A stretch of 64,000 nt of DNA. It comes from Sediminibacterium sp. (GTDB lineage: Bacteria > Bacteroidota > Bacteroidia > Chitinophagales > Chitinophagaceae). The stretch lies in contig CBDIIG010000003.1 in assembly GCA_965279585.1 (NCBI GenBank), positions 369,687-433,686 on the forward strand, given 5' to 3'. The notes under the pieces are model-generated. The model did no database searches. It was not told the origin of the DNA and was given only the letters and a program-made list of their open reading frames with translations. Made by a program: the position numbers and the translations under genes. Each line of letters begins with the position of its first letter. Position 1 is the first letter of the stretch. Shown here piece after piece: positions 38,318 to 51,500 of this stretch.

Positions 38318-39553
38318 TCATTTTTTATATTCCTTTCTTAGTCTATAAGCTAATTCTATTATTCTATTTACATCAAGTTTTTATTAATCTAAATTTTATA
38401 ATTTCATCATTATCTCCCCAAATTCACTTTCTATTAATTCATCTCTCATATGCCTTAATAATGCAAGAGCAAAATATTATACAAAATCATTTCTATCATC
38501 TATATCTCTAAATATTGCATCCCAGATCAATAAAGTATCAGATAGATTGAATTCCTTTGAAAAACTAGTTATTAGCCATTACATCATAAAAAATTTAAGA
38601 TCAATCTTTTATTTCATCAAATATTCATATAATCTTGCATCTGATTTTTATAACAAATCACCAAACGATCTAATTCTATCTTATAGATGTGAATTATCAA
38701 AATTTTATCTCATCTAACTCATTAAAATGTTAAAACAATAATAGGTATCAGCTTCTGAATTTTATCTTAGCAATTCACAATCATCATTTTAAAAGCAATA
38801 ATATATTATGGCAACTATTTCATTCATTCCCTAAACATATGGTTTTGTATTGGATTTACAAAAAATAAATAATATCCTTGTTAAGACATCAAAATTATAT
38901 TCAACTGCTCTTTTTGATAAAATTGCTGGAGTACTATCCTTTTTATCTTATCTTGCTTAGTTGTCCTTTTTTAATATAATTTATATTTTTACATCCTCAT
39001 ATATTTTCCTTTCATTTACTTAATGAAAGAATCCCTCTTGCTTGCGGGTCCTCTTTGTATCCAATTCAATTTTATTCCATAATTATGCATCTTCAAAATA
39101 ACTATTCCATCCACTATTTTTATCTCTACTCAAAGGATGATCATTCTATTGTTTTTATTACTTTGATATGATGTATTCATTGATATATTGGACATAAAAA
39201 TCCTTTTTTTTTGCTAATAAATTAACCCATTATCTTCTAGATGGCATTAAATAACCTATTAAAAGTCTCCAATTAACTCCACGAAGTGCTTTCAATTCAT
39301 CACCCTTAAATAGTATATTTGATAGCTTTCTAAGATCAATAGGTTCCTACTTTAAAAGCATTATACAATCTGTATAACATTAAATTGATTATTCATTAAC
39401 AGATTACATTGAAACATATTCAAATTCACAAAGGTCCATATATGGATCAAATTTTTTATCTTCATGAACAAATTATATTTCTTCAGGTTTTTAGAAATTT
39501 TAAATCAATTCTTTAATTTTTTTTCCTATCTTTGATCCTTTTTCTTACAGCAT
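38318..39553 (-). CDS. TBC-domain Rab GAP (TBC1D13-like)
   Basis: LRGVNWRLLIGYL, DHPLS, IELDTKRT, YVQGMNEI, EADTYYCF. Confidence 0.88.
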
Positions 39554-39670
39554 TTTTTTTTCTTTTTAGAAATAAATTAAAAAAAAAATAATAAGACAAA
39601 AAACTAAATAATTTTTCAAAAAGAAAATTAAAATCTTTTTTTAATATATTTTAATATTTATTCAAAAAAT

Positions 39671-40072
39671 ATGCCTATCCTCAGAAAGAAAGACACATAG
39701 AAAGCCAAGAATGCTAACATTAAATTTTTCATTGATTTCACAGAGCCAAAAGCTGATAAGGTATTGTCATAGTGGCATAATTCCCTATGATAGGTTATCA
39801 ACCTCGATGAGTATGTTAGTTTCCTCCAAACCAAAATCAAAGTCAATGGAAAGACAGGTGCTTTAGGATAAGATATTACCCTAAATGTTGAAGGAGATGC
39901 CAAAGTTGTCTTAGCATCATCAATTCCATTCTCAAAGAGATATCTTAAATATTTAACAAAGAAATATCTCAAATAAGAAAGTCTTAGAGATTATCTTTAC
40001 GTGAGTGCTGTTAGCAAAGATACTTATAAAGTTAAGTATTTCGACATTGCTTAAGATGAGGCAGAAAAATGA
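39671..40072 (+). CDS. RPL22: 60S ribosomal protein L22 (eL22)
   Basis: KFFIDFTEP...FLQTKIKVNGKTGALG...FSKRYLKYLTKKYLK...LRDYL; intron at 39761-39793. Confidence 0.97.
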
Positions 40073-40154
40073 GAATAATATATATTATTTCCGTACAATA
40101 AAACACACAATATTTTTATTTTGTTTTCTTTCCTTTTGCTATTCAAATTTACTC

Positions 40155-40248
40155 CATGTTAAATTATCCCCTTATTTCACCATAACAGGATCATGTTAAA
40201 TTATCCCCTTAACTATATTTAAAATATTTCACCATAACAATAACAGGC
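40155..40248. repeat. Imperfect two-copy tandem duplication in intergenic DNA
   Basis: CATGTTAAATTATCCCCTTA and TTTCACCATAACA each occur twice, with an AT spacer inserted in the second copy. Confidence 0.8.
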
Positions 40249-40287
40249 AATTAAATAAAATAATATAAAAAAATCATCACGAATAAT

Positions 40288-41733
40288 TCATAACATAATG
40301 ATTGAATAGTTTTTCTGGATCTGAAAAATTTATTAACGATTCTGCATACACCATAATATCTCTATTAGGACTTAAATGAGATAATAGTACTTTATCCCTT
40401 AACTATTATCTTAGGTTATTCATTTTAGATGCTTTATATCTCTCCTCTAACTTTTTTGCAAAATCAGGTTAAAATTTTAATCTTTCCTCTATCAATTTCT
40501 CCATAGGTTATTTAAATAAATCTTTATCAAGTACAAGTTTCCTCTTTCTTACATCATTATTTCTCTTCATAGGAGCGATCTCTAATAGTTATTTTTAATT
40601 ACAAATCCTCCCATACTTGCTTTCTTTCTTTCAAGTCGCTTTAAATATTTAAGTTCCTCCCTATTACCATGATCACGCAATGTTGTAATAAACATTTCTG
40701 TAGGACTAACACGAGATAGATCCTCGCTTTGTGACGATGCCTTCGATTATCTGGGAGTAGAAATCTCAAATTCAAATTATGGCAGCATGAAAAGTTTATC
40801 AAACATCTCTTAAGGTGATAGCTTACTTTCAAATCTATGTTCTTACTTGAAAACAATTAACTTATTAATCTAACTAACATCTGATTGTGTACTCATTCTT
40901 TTATGTGAAATTTAAAAAGGCAGAAAGGTTGCTTTACTCAGCATATTGTTATCGATATGATTGATCCCCTTTGGTAACTTACTTTGATAAAGGTCGATAT
41001 TCTAAGAGCTTAATTTAGTATTTTAGATTGGTTCTATTCTACCCCAAACTGATTTGATGTGATAAAACTATGCTTTCTCTAAATCTGCCTACAAAAAGGA
41101 TAACTGTCCCAATTTATCATAACATCTAATCTCTAATTGCTTATCTTTGTAATACCATCCATATTGTAGGATTTTTTTATAAAGTCGCTCTGAAACTTCA
41201 TACTGTTACAGTTAGTGAGCTAAATCCCCCAATTTCTAAAGTGCCTTAACCTTCACTTATTATTGGATTTCCTCGTCATCACTGCAAATTTCACTTAAGT
41301 AAACTACCTGAGTGTAAACATTAATTGCAGATGAAAATTAACAAAATAGTGAATAAATTTCAGCGATCAGCATATGAACTTTAAGCATTCCAATTATATT
41401 GTCCTTGTTTACCATAATGATCATAACATCGACTAATACATCTATCGTAGTATCTAAATCCTCATCCCTATATGATTCTAAATATTTCATTTTCAATTTA
41501 GTTAATTCTAAAGGTTTATTTAGATTGGAAAATTTCCTACTCTTTGATATGCTTCCCTATCTAAGTAGAAATCTAGGAGTTATTGTTTTTTCATGCATCT
41601 CAGTGTACATCCTAGTATCTGAATCCAATCTAGGTGTTTTAATGCTTCCAATTTATAGTTTCATAGATATAGATTAAATAGAAGGAGTACGAGTTGCTGG
41701 AGTTATAGGATTGTATATTTTATTTTACAGCAT
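40288..41733 (-). CDS. Hypothetical protein with TPR-like helical repeats
   Basis: VKALQKLGDLAHQLQQYEVSERLYKKILQYGWY...CYDKLGQLSFLQADLEKAQFYH; internal exon structure partly uncertain. Confidence 0.6.
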
Positions 41734-41938
41734 TTAATAATAAAACTTAAATGAGGAATTGAGAAAAGAAATGTGAGAAGAACCGATATTAAAAATACCA
41801 CTAATTTTTTAACAAAAAATAATATGGAAAAAATATTTTAAATCTGGTTGAATCAAATACTAATGATGTATTGATATTACTATATTTAATTTTTAAATTC
41901 ATTTATTTTTGATTAAAAAAAAATAAATAAAGTTTTAT

Positions 41939-42938
41939 ATGAATCAAATTGCTGATTTAGAGGAACAAGCAGCCTCACTTCCTAACTACAAGATGGTTGA
42001 TTAGAAATATTACATTAAGACAACTAAGTTAGGTAAAGGGAATCATGCTGAGACGTATTTTTTATATTTTTAATATTTAAATAGTCATGTAGCAACACTA
42101 AAAGATAATGAAAAGATTGTTTATGCCTGCAAGCTTATAGCTAAACAGCATATCATAGATTCACTTAAAAAAAGTAATAATCCTGATGCAAGAAAAGATT
42201 ACATCATCAATGGTTTGAAGAAAGAGGTATTAAATAATTAATAATAAAAAGGTTCAAGTTTGGAAATAAATGGATCATATAAATATTGTTAAGTTTATTG
42301 ATTTTTCCGAAACACCAAATAATATTTATTTCTTCCTAGAGTATTGTAATGGTGGTACTCTAGAATAAAAAATTAAAGAAAAAGGAAAATTCCCAGAGGC
42401 TGATGCATTGAATTATTTCATTCAATTGGCAGAAGGATTAGTATATCTATATGATAAGAATGTAACTCATAGAGATGTTAAACCTGATAACATTCTCATT
42501 CATAAGGGGTAATTGAAATTGGCAGATTTTGGATTTGCAAAAGTTTTAGAAGAAGAATCTAAAGATAAAGCATCTCACGGAACTAGTGTAGGAACACCCT
42601 ACTATATGGCACCATAAATTTTATAAGGAGAATAGTATTTTTATTTGTTTAAATAAAAATAGCTATTCCATCAAATGTGATGTATGGTCATTAGGAATAG
42701 TATTTTACCATATATTATATGGTATCTTACCATGGAAAGAAGCTTAATCAATAATGTAGCTTTTAAATTCAATAAATACATAACCTGTTACATTCCCAAA
42801 TACGAATTAGGTTTCAGACTAATTAAAACAGATTATAATTGTAAAAAAATAATTTTTAAAATTTAGAAAATGCTATAGGTGAATGAAAAAGATAGACTAT
42901 CAATAAAAGAAGTATTATAATAATTGAAAAATTTATGA
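41939..42938 (+). CDS. Ser/Thr protein kinase (ULK/CAMK-like)
   Basis: LGKGNHAE, YACKLI, LEYCNGG, HRDVKPDN, KLADFGFAK, GTPYYMAP. Confidence 0.93.
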
Positions 42939-42999
42939 CTTTTTTTTTTTTAATGTTTATTATAATTGTTTTTGTTTTATTTTTAATATCTTTAATGTA

Positions 43000-43568
43000 T
43001 CATTAACTTAACAAGGCTGATGCATCCTTAGAAACGCTATTTTTTAAAAAAAAGAAAAGTTTTTAACAATATATACTATTTCCATGATGCTGGTAATTTT
43101 TAGGTTCTTCTATAATATCTACTTAATCTATGGATTCTGCTTTCAACCAAAATCAATCTGAATTTTGATGCTGTGTCCTTTCTTGATTTTTCAAGATGCT
43201 TTCTGATTTAAACAGCCTTTTTAATTAAAGCATATAAATCCTCTGGAATTTTGGGTGCACATCCTATTTTTATTTATTTTATATTTTATTATATACCTCT
43301 CTTTTTTAATATTCTTAATATTTTTTATCCTGTTAAGTATTTGGTCTAAGGAATACTTTATTAATCTCTCAATTAAACACCGATTTATGATGTGTTGAGT
43401 CCTTGAAAAAATTAATAAAATAAAAATATTACCTTTTTTAGCTAATTTCTCAATTAGCTCAACAATAGACTTTGATGTGAGTGTCAACCATTTTGGTGCT
43501 TTTCTCTTATAAGGTAATGCTGATCCAGAGATACCCTTTCCCTTTCCTTTTGATTACATTCGTCCCAT
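43000..43568 (-). CDS. RPS13: 40S ribosomal protein S13 (uS15)
   Basis: [28 protein letters not shown]...[13 protein letters not shown]...[14 protein letters not shown]; introns of 31, 33 and 40 nt. Confidence 0.97.
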
Positions 43569-43642
43569 AATTATTAAGATTTAAAATTTATTTTAAATTT
43601 TTTTTATTAATTCTTTTTATATATTTTTCTTTATATTTATTT

Positions 43643-44803
43643 TCATTTTTTCTTAGGCTTCTTTTTTTTGGCACCTAATCCATAGAGTTCCTTCCTCTCC
43701 ATTAATTCGTTTTAAATTAACTTAATTGCATTCTCTAATTTAATCTAATAGAGCTCTTATCTTGCTTTTAATTATTTCTCTTCAAGTTCCTTCCTCTCCC
43801 TTTCTTATTACTCGATTTATTCTCTATCAAATCTCTATTTCAGAATATTAAGTTCTTCTAACATCTTAGTACGATAAGCATTTAAATCCTCAATTTACTT
43901 CTCTAATGTTTCTCTTTATCTTTCTGCAATAGTATTTTATTCATCAGTCTTTTTTTTTGTTTCTTCCTAATTGATAAAATATAATTATTACCTCTTTTCT
44001 TATCAAATAATCTTTCAATTCTTTATGAACTAATTCTTCATTTTATATTTTCTAATTATAATGTTGGATATCTGCCTCTAAATTCTTTTACTTATATTCA
44101 AAAACTCTTTGTTATGTGTTTTCAAATGCTCCAGCTACTTTCTCATCATACTTTTTCTTCTATTCAGCCCTATTAGTCTTATATAATAATTTTTCTTTTA
44201 GTGCCTAAATGTTCTTTTATTTCTCTTCTTATTCATGCTTATACTCATTGAACTCTTAATTTTTTTCATTTTGTAATCTCTTTATTTCTGCAATGAGCTC
44301 CTTCTCTCTTGCTGCAAACTTTCTTAAGGAATCTTGCTCCTCTAAACTGTTTGTAACTGTTTAGGCAAATTTATTTAGTTGATTATTTTAAATGAGCGAA
44401 ATGAGGTTTTCGAATTCAAATATCAAATCAGCTCGCTCTTTATTAACCTTAATTGAATCAGCATCAATATTCGGATTTTCTTTAAACAATCTCTTATTTT
44501 AAATATTTAATACCTACACAATTTCTTTGTGCTTTCTTTCAGGTTTTTCGCAACCTATTTAATCTAATCTTGTGTCTAATGTAATTAGGTTCTATTTGTA
44601 ATTCCGAGTAGAGTACTCCTAAGTCCAACCAACTTAGCATAAGTTTCTTCTAAATGTTATTGATCAGTCAGTAGTTTGCTTTATTCATATCCAGCTAGTT
44701 CTGATGAAATATCATTATCTCTTGTTAGTGTGCCTATAAATTGAAGCCTCTAAGTGCAGTCCTTCAAGACAAATACTAATTTGTGCTGATCAATTTAATT
44801 CAT
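43643..44803 (-). CDS. Coiled-coil ciliary protein, DRC9/IQCG-like
   Basis: VAKNLKESTKKLCRLFKENP motif, long coiled coil and a basic K-rich tail; the family call is from recall. Confidence 0.55.
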
Positions 44804-44843
44804 AATTGTATTTTATGTAAATATTTTTTGTTTTTTTAATATC

Positions 44844-45287
44844 TCATGCTCTATAAAACCTAGTTGGTTTCTCAATCGATGTAATTCCGTGATGCCATAA
44901 GGATGGTTAGAAATTATTATCATCATCTAAGAAGAAGAACTTCTTATCTAATTCTGGCACTAAATATTTATCTTCCCAAACTGGAGCTCCATCTACAAGC
45001 TTATTAATATCTGATTAAATGCTTCTCTTATAAATTGCACTAGCAATAAATCTAGATCCTAAGAATGCAGCACCTACTATACCAGCTCTATAATAGAGGT
45101 GTAAATTAGCTATTGGCTTAACTCTATTGACTATTTCTAATGTAAGATATAAATCCAAGAAACTCAACTTATTAACAAATGATCCTTCAGCATTTTATAG
45201 AGCTACTATTTGATTGTGATTTTCTTCAGGTATTAATGATGAATGAGTCCATAAAGTCTTCTCCTTGGTTGGGATCGATACGTACAT
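44844..45287 (-). CDS. Small protein with one hydrophobic segment, possibly a mitochondrial membrane-complex subunit
   Basis: Intronless 147-aa frame; AGIVGAAFLGSRFIA; C-terminus DKKFFFLDDDNNFQPSLWHHG. Function is a guess. Confidence 0.6.
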
Positions 45288-45365
45288 TTTTTTTTATATA
45301 TAATAATTTATTTTTCTTAATAAAATGCTGCATAAAAAAACACAAACAAAAAAGATATTCAAAAT

Positions 45366-46739
45366 TCAATCATTCTTATATAAGGGTTGAGTGCATATCA
45401 ATATAAATGCAGCCATCACTATTATTATTTATGCATATGCTCCAAATTTGAATTGTTAAACCATGTATACATACACAGGCATAGCTATACATGAGAATCC
45501 AAAACAAATTGTGAAAACTGAATAAGTCAAATCATATAATTCGTATTTCATAGCATTTGTGTTATTACAAAACAAGGATACTACAATTATACCAACCAGA
45601 ATGGCAACACTAACAATATAAATCTCTTTAATTTATCTTCTATTATCTTTTTCTGTTGCACTCCATATAGTACCATCTTATATTTCTTTGTTTAATGTAT
45701 AATTATGTGCATATATTGGTCCTATTGATATACATACCAAAAGTATTAATGTGCAATTCAAAATTTGAATAGGATATTGATAAAAACATTTAATCTTATC
45801 TTATTAATTAAGTAATCCCCATAATGTTACTTATTAAAAGAAGTACAACAAACGGAATGCTAGTTAAAACCAATAGCATTATTGTACTTTTTCATAACCT
45901 GCTTTAGTTTCCCTTTTAACATAAAATACTTCAAAGAAAGGATATGATACACACGAAAATACATTCAATAAATAGAACATTAAATGTTCAAAGTCATATC
46001 CTTTTTTCAAAAGGTTTTCATCGGCTTCTAAATATGTAATCTTACAAGTTTCCACATCCTAAAAATATATCATTAAGAATATAGTTATTTGTATAGCCCA
46101 CTTACCAATAAATGTTATTAAAAGTCGGAACTATATCTCATTATAGTGTTCGAAATAAGAAATCTTATAAATTATGAAAAATATGAGTGCAGAGTAAAAT
46201 ATAAAAATAATTTGGCCATATCCTGTTTCAATACCATCCTTGTATATTTTATAAAGGTCAGGTTAAATCTTAGGAATATTTTCAGCAAGTCTCATAACAA
46301 TATTAAAAAGTCCCAAAGCATTAATAATTAAATTTGAATAAATAAACAACCTTTACATCATCGGTGACTCCTTAAAAAAAATTTAATAAAAGAATTTTTT
46401 TACTTATTTGATTATATTGGCAAATATGGGATTCTGTTCTTTTTTGCAAACCTAAATAACCAAGTAGCATGGTATTAGTATGGTCAGCATCAATAACCAG
46501 TAGCAAAATACAGATATAGCAAGAGTTTGTGGTGTTGAAAAATCAATCTCTGTTTATAATTAATTCATCGATGGAATAACCATAGTATTTGCCATATAAA
46601 TTATAGCCAAAGTAGATGAACCGAACTAAAACAGCTATGAACGTCTATTGTCATCTATAATTATAGTGTCAGTTAATTTATAATCAAATGAGTCTTAAGT
46701 TATTAAACTATCTTAAACTTAAGAAATTTTTTTTGCCAT
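45366..46739 (-). CDS. Multi-pass transporter, probable amino-acid permease (AAAP-like)
   Basis: About 10 hydrophobic segments (STLAIIYMANTMVIP; LAISVFCYWLLMLTILIP; IYIVSVAILVGIIVVSLF; IIIVMAAFILI). Confidence 0.6.
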
Positions 46740-46759
46740 ATTAAATTATTTATAATTTA

Positions 46760-48446
46760 TCAACATTCAAATTTATTTTATCCAATAGTTTCGAGATAAT
46801 ATTATAGTTCTTCCAAATCATCCTATCTCTTAAATTGTAGAGATAGCTTCTTTTTAGAATCAATCACCAATCCTGGAATTACAAATACCACATCAATTTA
46901 TACATCATTCTTTCTCATTATTTTCAGTCCTTCTAATGGAAATTTTGTGTCTGGCTTATCATTTTTTAAATTAAAATTAGAATAAATACCTTAGAATATC
47001 TTGAAGCCTTTCCCTCAAATATCAAAAAATAATGATCAACTGATATATAGATTCCAATATCCTACCAAGTGACTCCAATCGCACCGACATCTCTCTAAGC
47101 AGAAAAAGCCTTTAAAATCAGAGGATGTGCTAATTCAGCAAATTTATCAACCACCTACAAATCTGACAAATAATGCTAGACTTCTTGCTATTATTCATTT
47201 TAAATATAATCCAATTCTTATTTCGATAGAACTTATACTTAAGAATACAACCCTTAAACCTCAATTTTTGTTTGAATAGATTTTAGAGCTTATATTGAAT
47301 TATCACTATTGACACTTTTACCATAGCATGTTGTCAACTAAATCTATAAATCAATTATAGTCTAAGTAACTAAATCTAATCTTTATATTTCCAATTATGT
47401 AATATCACCCCAAGCATTCAGTAACCATTTGCCGAATTCCCTCAAATAAGCTAATTACTTATAGGCTGCTTATTTATATTTTAACTCGGCATATAAAAAG
47501 TCCTTATTTTATTTCTTGTGCTTTTGAATCATATTTAAATATAACTTTTCATATTTCCCAAAATATTTATTAACATCCCTCTCCATTTCTAAAGCCGTCT
47601 TTCTCTATTTATTATATTGTGAATTCAAATCTATTGTTTAACATTTATTATTACCTTTATTTTGTTTTTCAAAATTTACCATTTCTTATTCAAGCCTTTC
47701 TCTTATTTAAGTTTAGATCCAAAGACTTAATAGTTTTATTCCTTCTGCTTATCTTTCTTACATTTAGTCGACAACTCTTATGGCTTTAGAAAACTCAGGA
47801 TAATTACTATTGACAATCTTACCATCTAAGAGAAAAATTTAATTATTTATTAAATGAATTTACCAGAATCTTTAAACAACTTATTGAATGAACTACTTGT
47901 GAGATATTTAACTTAAACTTCCTCTTATTCTATCCTCTATTTAAAAACTTGAATTAAGAGTTTCATAGAATCATCTGAAGTTTGAATATTCCTTTAGATT
48001 CTTCCCCAGATTGAATCTATAATTTACTTATGCTAATTCATCTATCCTAATCTTAAAAATTCCCAATTTCGTGACTGCTCAAAAGCCTCAGTCTTCCTCT
48101 CTAATCCTGCCTAAGAAACTAATTTTTTTGTTTCTTATTTAGTGATCTCTGCTTGTTTCATTTGATTGATTGCATTTTTAACTTTTTGAACTCCTGATAT
48201 TTCAGCTATGCCACCAATACCTGCCATAGCAGCCATTGCTACAACATCTTTTGCTTAACCTTCTATTTCTTTAACTTAGTTATTTTCATCATCTGATTCA
48301 ATTTAAAATTGTTCTTTTGGATTTTCTTTTTACTAATAATCAACCTTCTCTCTATGAGCTTATTATTCCTACTATTCAGGCAATTCTTAAGATTCTTGTT
48401 TTTCTTCTTGCTCAGGTTTTTCAATTTTTAATGGTTGTTCCGACAT
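46760..48446 (-). CDS. Coiled-coil (F-BAR-like) protein with C-terminal PH-like beta region
   Basis: Acidic N-terminus, long helical region (LLIQVFKQRIEQEE), C-terminal GIYISVDHYFLIFE...LSLQFKRQDDLEEL; domain names are inferred. Confidence 0.5.
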
Positions 48447-48522
48447 ATTTAAATTTTTTTTTGTTTAATTGCTTTGAACAAAAATAAATATAATTCACAT
48501 AAACACAAATAGATAAAAAATT

Positions 48523-51500
48523 ATGTCAAAGGAAAGCATATACCTGCCCTATGAGGTGAAGGAAAAATATTGTCTAAGTGAAATCATCATAACAAAAACA
48601 AAGAACTTGGCAAAGAAGATTACTTTTGGATATTATTAGTGGAAAATTTGGTAAGATTGTATTATGGATGAAATTAAACAATAAAAAGAACTTGCATCCT
48701 AATATCCATAATATGTCTTAGGAATAAAGGATTATTTCTATACAGACCGATCGATTGAGGTTGACCTTTATTTAGTCTATGATTGTGATTAGGATGCCAA
48801 AAATCTATTCGAATACATTAGAAATAATAATTATTCCATTCAATAAAAACAAATATACAAAATATTTGAGTAAATTTTAAACCTTGGAATTATAGTAAAT
48901 TAAATAGAGCACCGAAATATCAAAACAGGAAACATTATTTTCAATAAAGGGAATGTAATGCTATCTGATTTTGGTAGTGCTAGAACACATTATCTTAATT
49001 TTACTAAGGATTTTACTAAAAAATAAGAAAAAAGATGGTAAATAGAAGGATTATTCTATTGTTGCAAAGATTTTGTGAATATCATTAACTCAAATTAAGG
49101 GCATGATGATTGGTAACAATTATTCGAGAATTAAAATCAAGCAGTAATGCACAGCCAAAGGAATGATTTTTGGGGGTTAATGATTTATGCATTGAGAATT
49201 TTTAGTAATTGTACTGAAATAGATTATTAAATTAACTCCATTTGGTCAATTAATAAATAAAATCTCTAGGCTCAGCTTATGAAAGTAAGTAAGTACAAGT
49301 CCATACATACTATATTATATGATGCTTTGATTAATAACCCAGAAAACAATTATGAAAATAATCCAAGATATTATTTAGATAAATTCATTGTCTTAATTCA
49401 ATAGAATAATGATGAGACTTATGATTTTGAATAATAATTATTAAATTAAGAAGATAATATTATGAAGTCTAAGACTATCAATAAAAACAAAAAGTTTTAC
49501 CTAACCAAGTAGGAAATACAGTTATAGGAAGAAATAATAAAACAATAAGATTCATAAAGGCAATAATAAGCCACACAAGAAGGATCCAATTCATATGGAG
49601 AAAATAGAATATAAGCATTAGGGAACGACTCAATATTTGATTAAGAGACCCATAGATATGACGAAGTTTAATTTCCCATTCTCAATAAGGATACATTTAC
49701 AACCAACATTTAATATAATCCAATTCTTTAGCTCTAAGATTTAAGAAAACTAAATCCATAAGATTATGAAGAATATAAAAAGGAATTGTAGACGTAAAAA
49801 TCCTAAACTAATTCATAACCAATATTATAATAAATTTTAGTTAATTTAGAAACTGTAGAAGAATTGAATAGAATAAAATTTTAAATTGATTAATTTATCA
49901 CTGCTCCTAATCATAATAAAATACTTCAACCACGTGATCTCTAGTAATTGAGTGTTCAAGAAAGAGAAGAATTAAAATAAAATATTCTTAGAATTTAAAG
50001 CTAACCCTAATATCAAGATGTGAAAGGAATATTTGGAAAATAATTAGAAATAATTGATGAGTTGTAACCATAAGAAAAGTTACTTCGATTTATTAACAAT
50101 CCAAGTAAAGAAAACTTGGTTAATGTCTTATAATTGAATGAAGCTGAAGTAGAATAAAAAGATTAATTTAAAGATCAATTACCTATTCTAAAAAATCAAT
50201 ATTAAGAGATGGAATAAATAATCACCAATCAAATTTAACTAGTAGATGAGACAGATGAAATTTAAGAATAGTTAAGATAAATAAAAGCAGATCCTTAGAG
50301 GGCACAATTTCTTTAGATAAGTAATTTGACAAAAATGTCTGATGATTAATTAGCTGACTATAAAAAAACACTATAGCAAATACAAACCAGACCAAATAGT
50401 CAACAAGAATAAATTTTAAGCAAACTATCTCAAGTAGAAGAAATAGAATAAAATCGACAATAATTAAAGAATATTATTTCAAATCCCCAATCTGGTCAAA
50501 TTATTACGACAACAGGCCTATTGAAATTGGGACAAGATAATTTAGATTTAGCAATTAAATAACTAAACCTAATTAGACCATAATAAATATAGCAAAATTA
50601 ATAGATTCCTCAGAATCTTCAAGCTGCTTAGCATGCTAAGATCATCAGTGATAATCTTCAGAGATTAAAAAACTAACCACAAATTGTAAACCTAGTTTAG
50701 AATTCTGATATAAAGGAGTTGCCAGATGACATTTTAGATGACTATAAATAGAGAATTTAAAAAATTAATCCATCAAAAAGAGAAGAGTAAGATATGATAA
50801 TTCAGCAGATTAAATAAATAGAGGAGATTCAAGAAAATAAATAAAAACTTAAATAATTTATCTAAGACCCTAAATAAGTTCAATTGATAGAGAAAATTGA
50901 TATTAAATCATTAAATAATGAAGATCTCTATAAAATTAAGTAATAATTAGAAATTTTAAATCAAGACAATCTACCTAAGAAATAAAATGACCTAATTTTG
51001 CAACAATTGAAAAAAGTAGAGGATTAAATAAAATAAAATACTTAAAACTAGAAGAATATGGTATAATAATAGGAGTAACTTTTAACTAATCCTATTAATC
51101 TTCTATTAGCGGATAATTCTGAACTGAACAAAATATAAGAATAATTAAACAAAAACAATAAATAAGATAAAGATATAGTTTATAAGTTAAAAGATTTGAT
51201 AAAATTAAAGGAAGATAAGGTTCCTTATGATTAAATTTTAAAGAACCCCTTAATAAAAGAGTTAATTCAAATTTAGTAATAAAACCCTGGCATATTTTAA
51301 CCAATTTCTCCTGATAATATCAGAAAAGAAGATTATATATAAAGGTAAGTTCAACAACAATAAAATGACCAAATACTACCTTAAAATTTGACCCAAATTA
51401 ATTAAAAGCCTTTTGGGTTTGCTCCAAGTAATCAGTAATAATAAATTAATATAAATCCTTAAAATTAGAGTGACCCACTTAAAGTAGCACCACAACTTTT

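Noticed and set aside
39658-39972. 104-aa minus-strand ORF
   Set aside because: It is antisense to the unambiguous RPL22 CDS.
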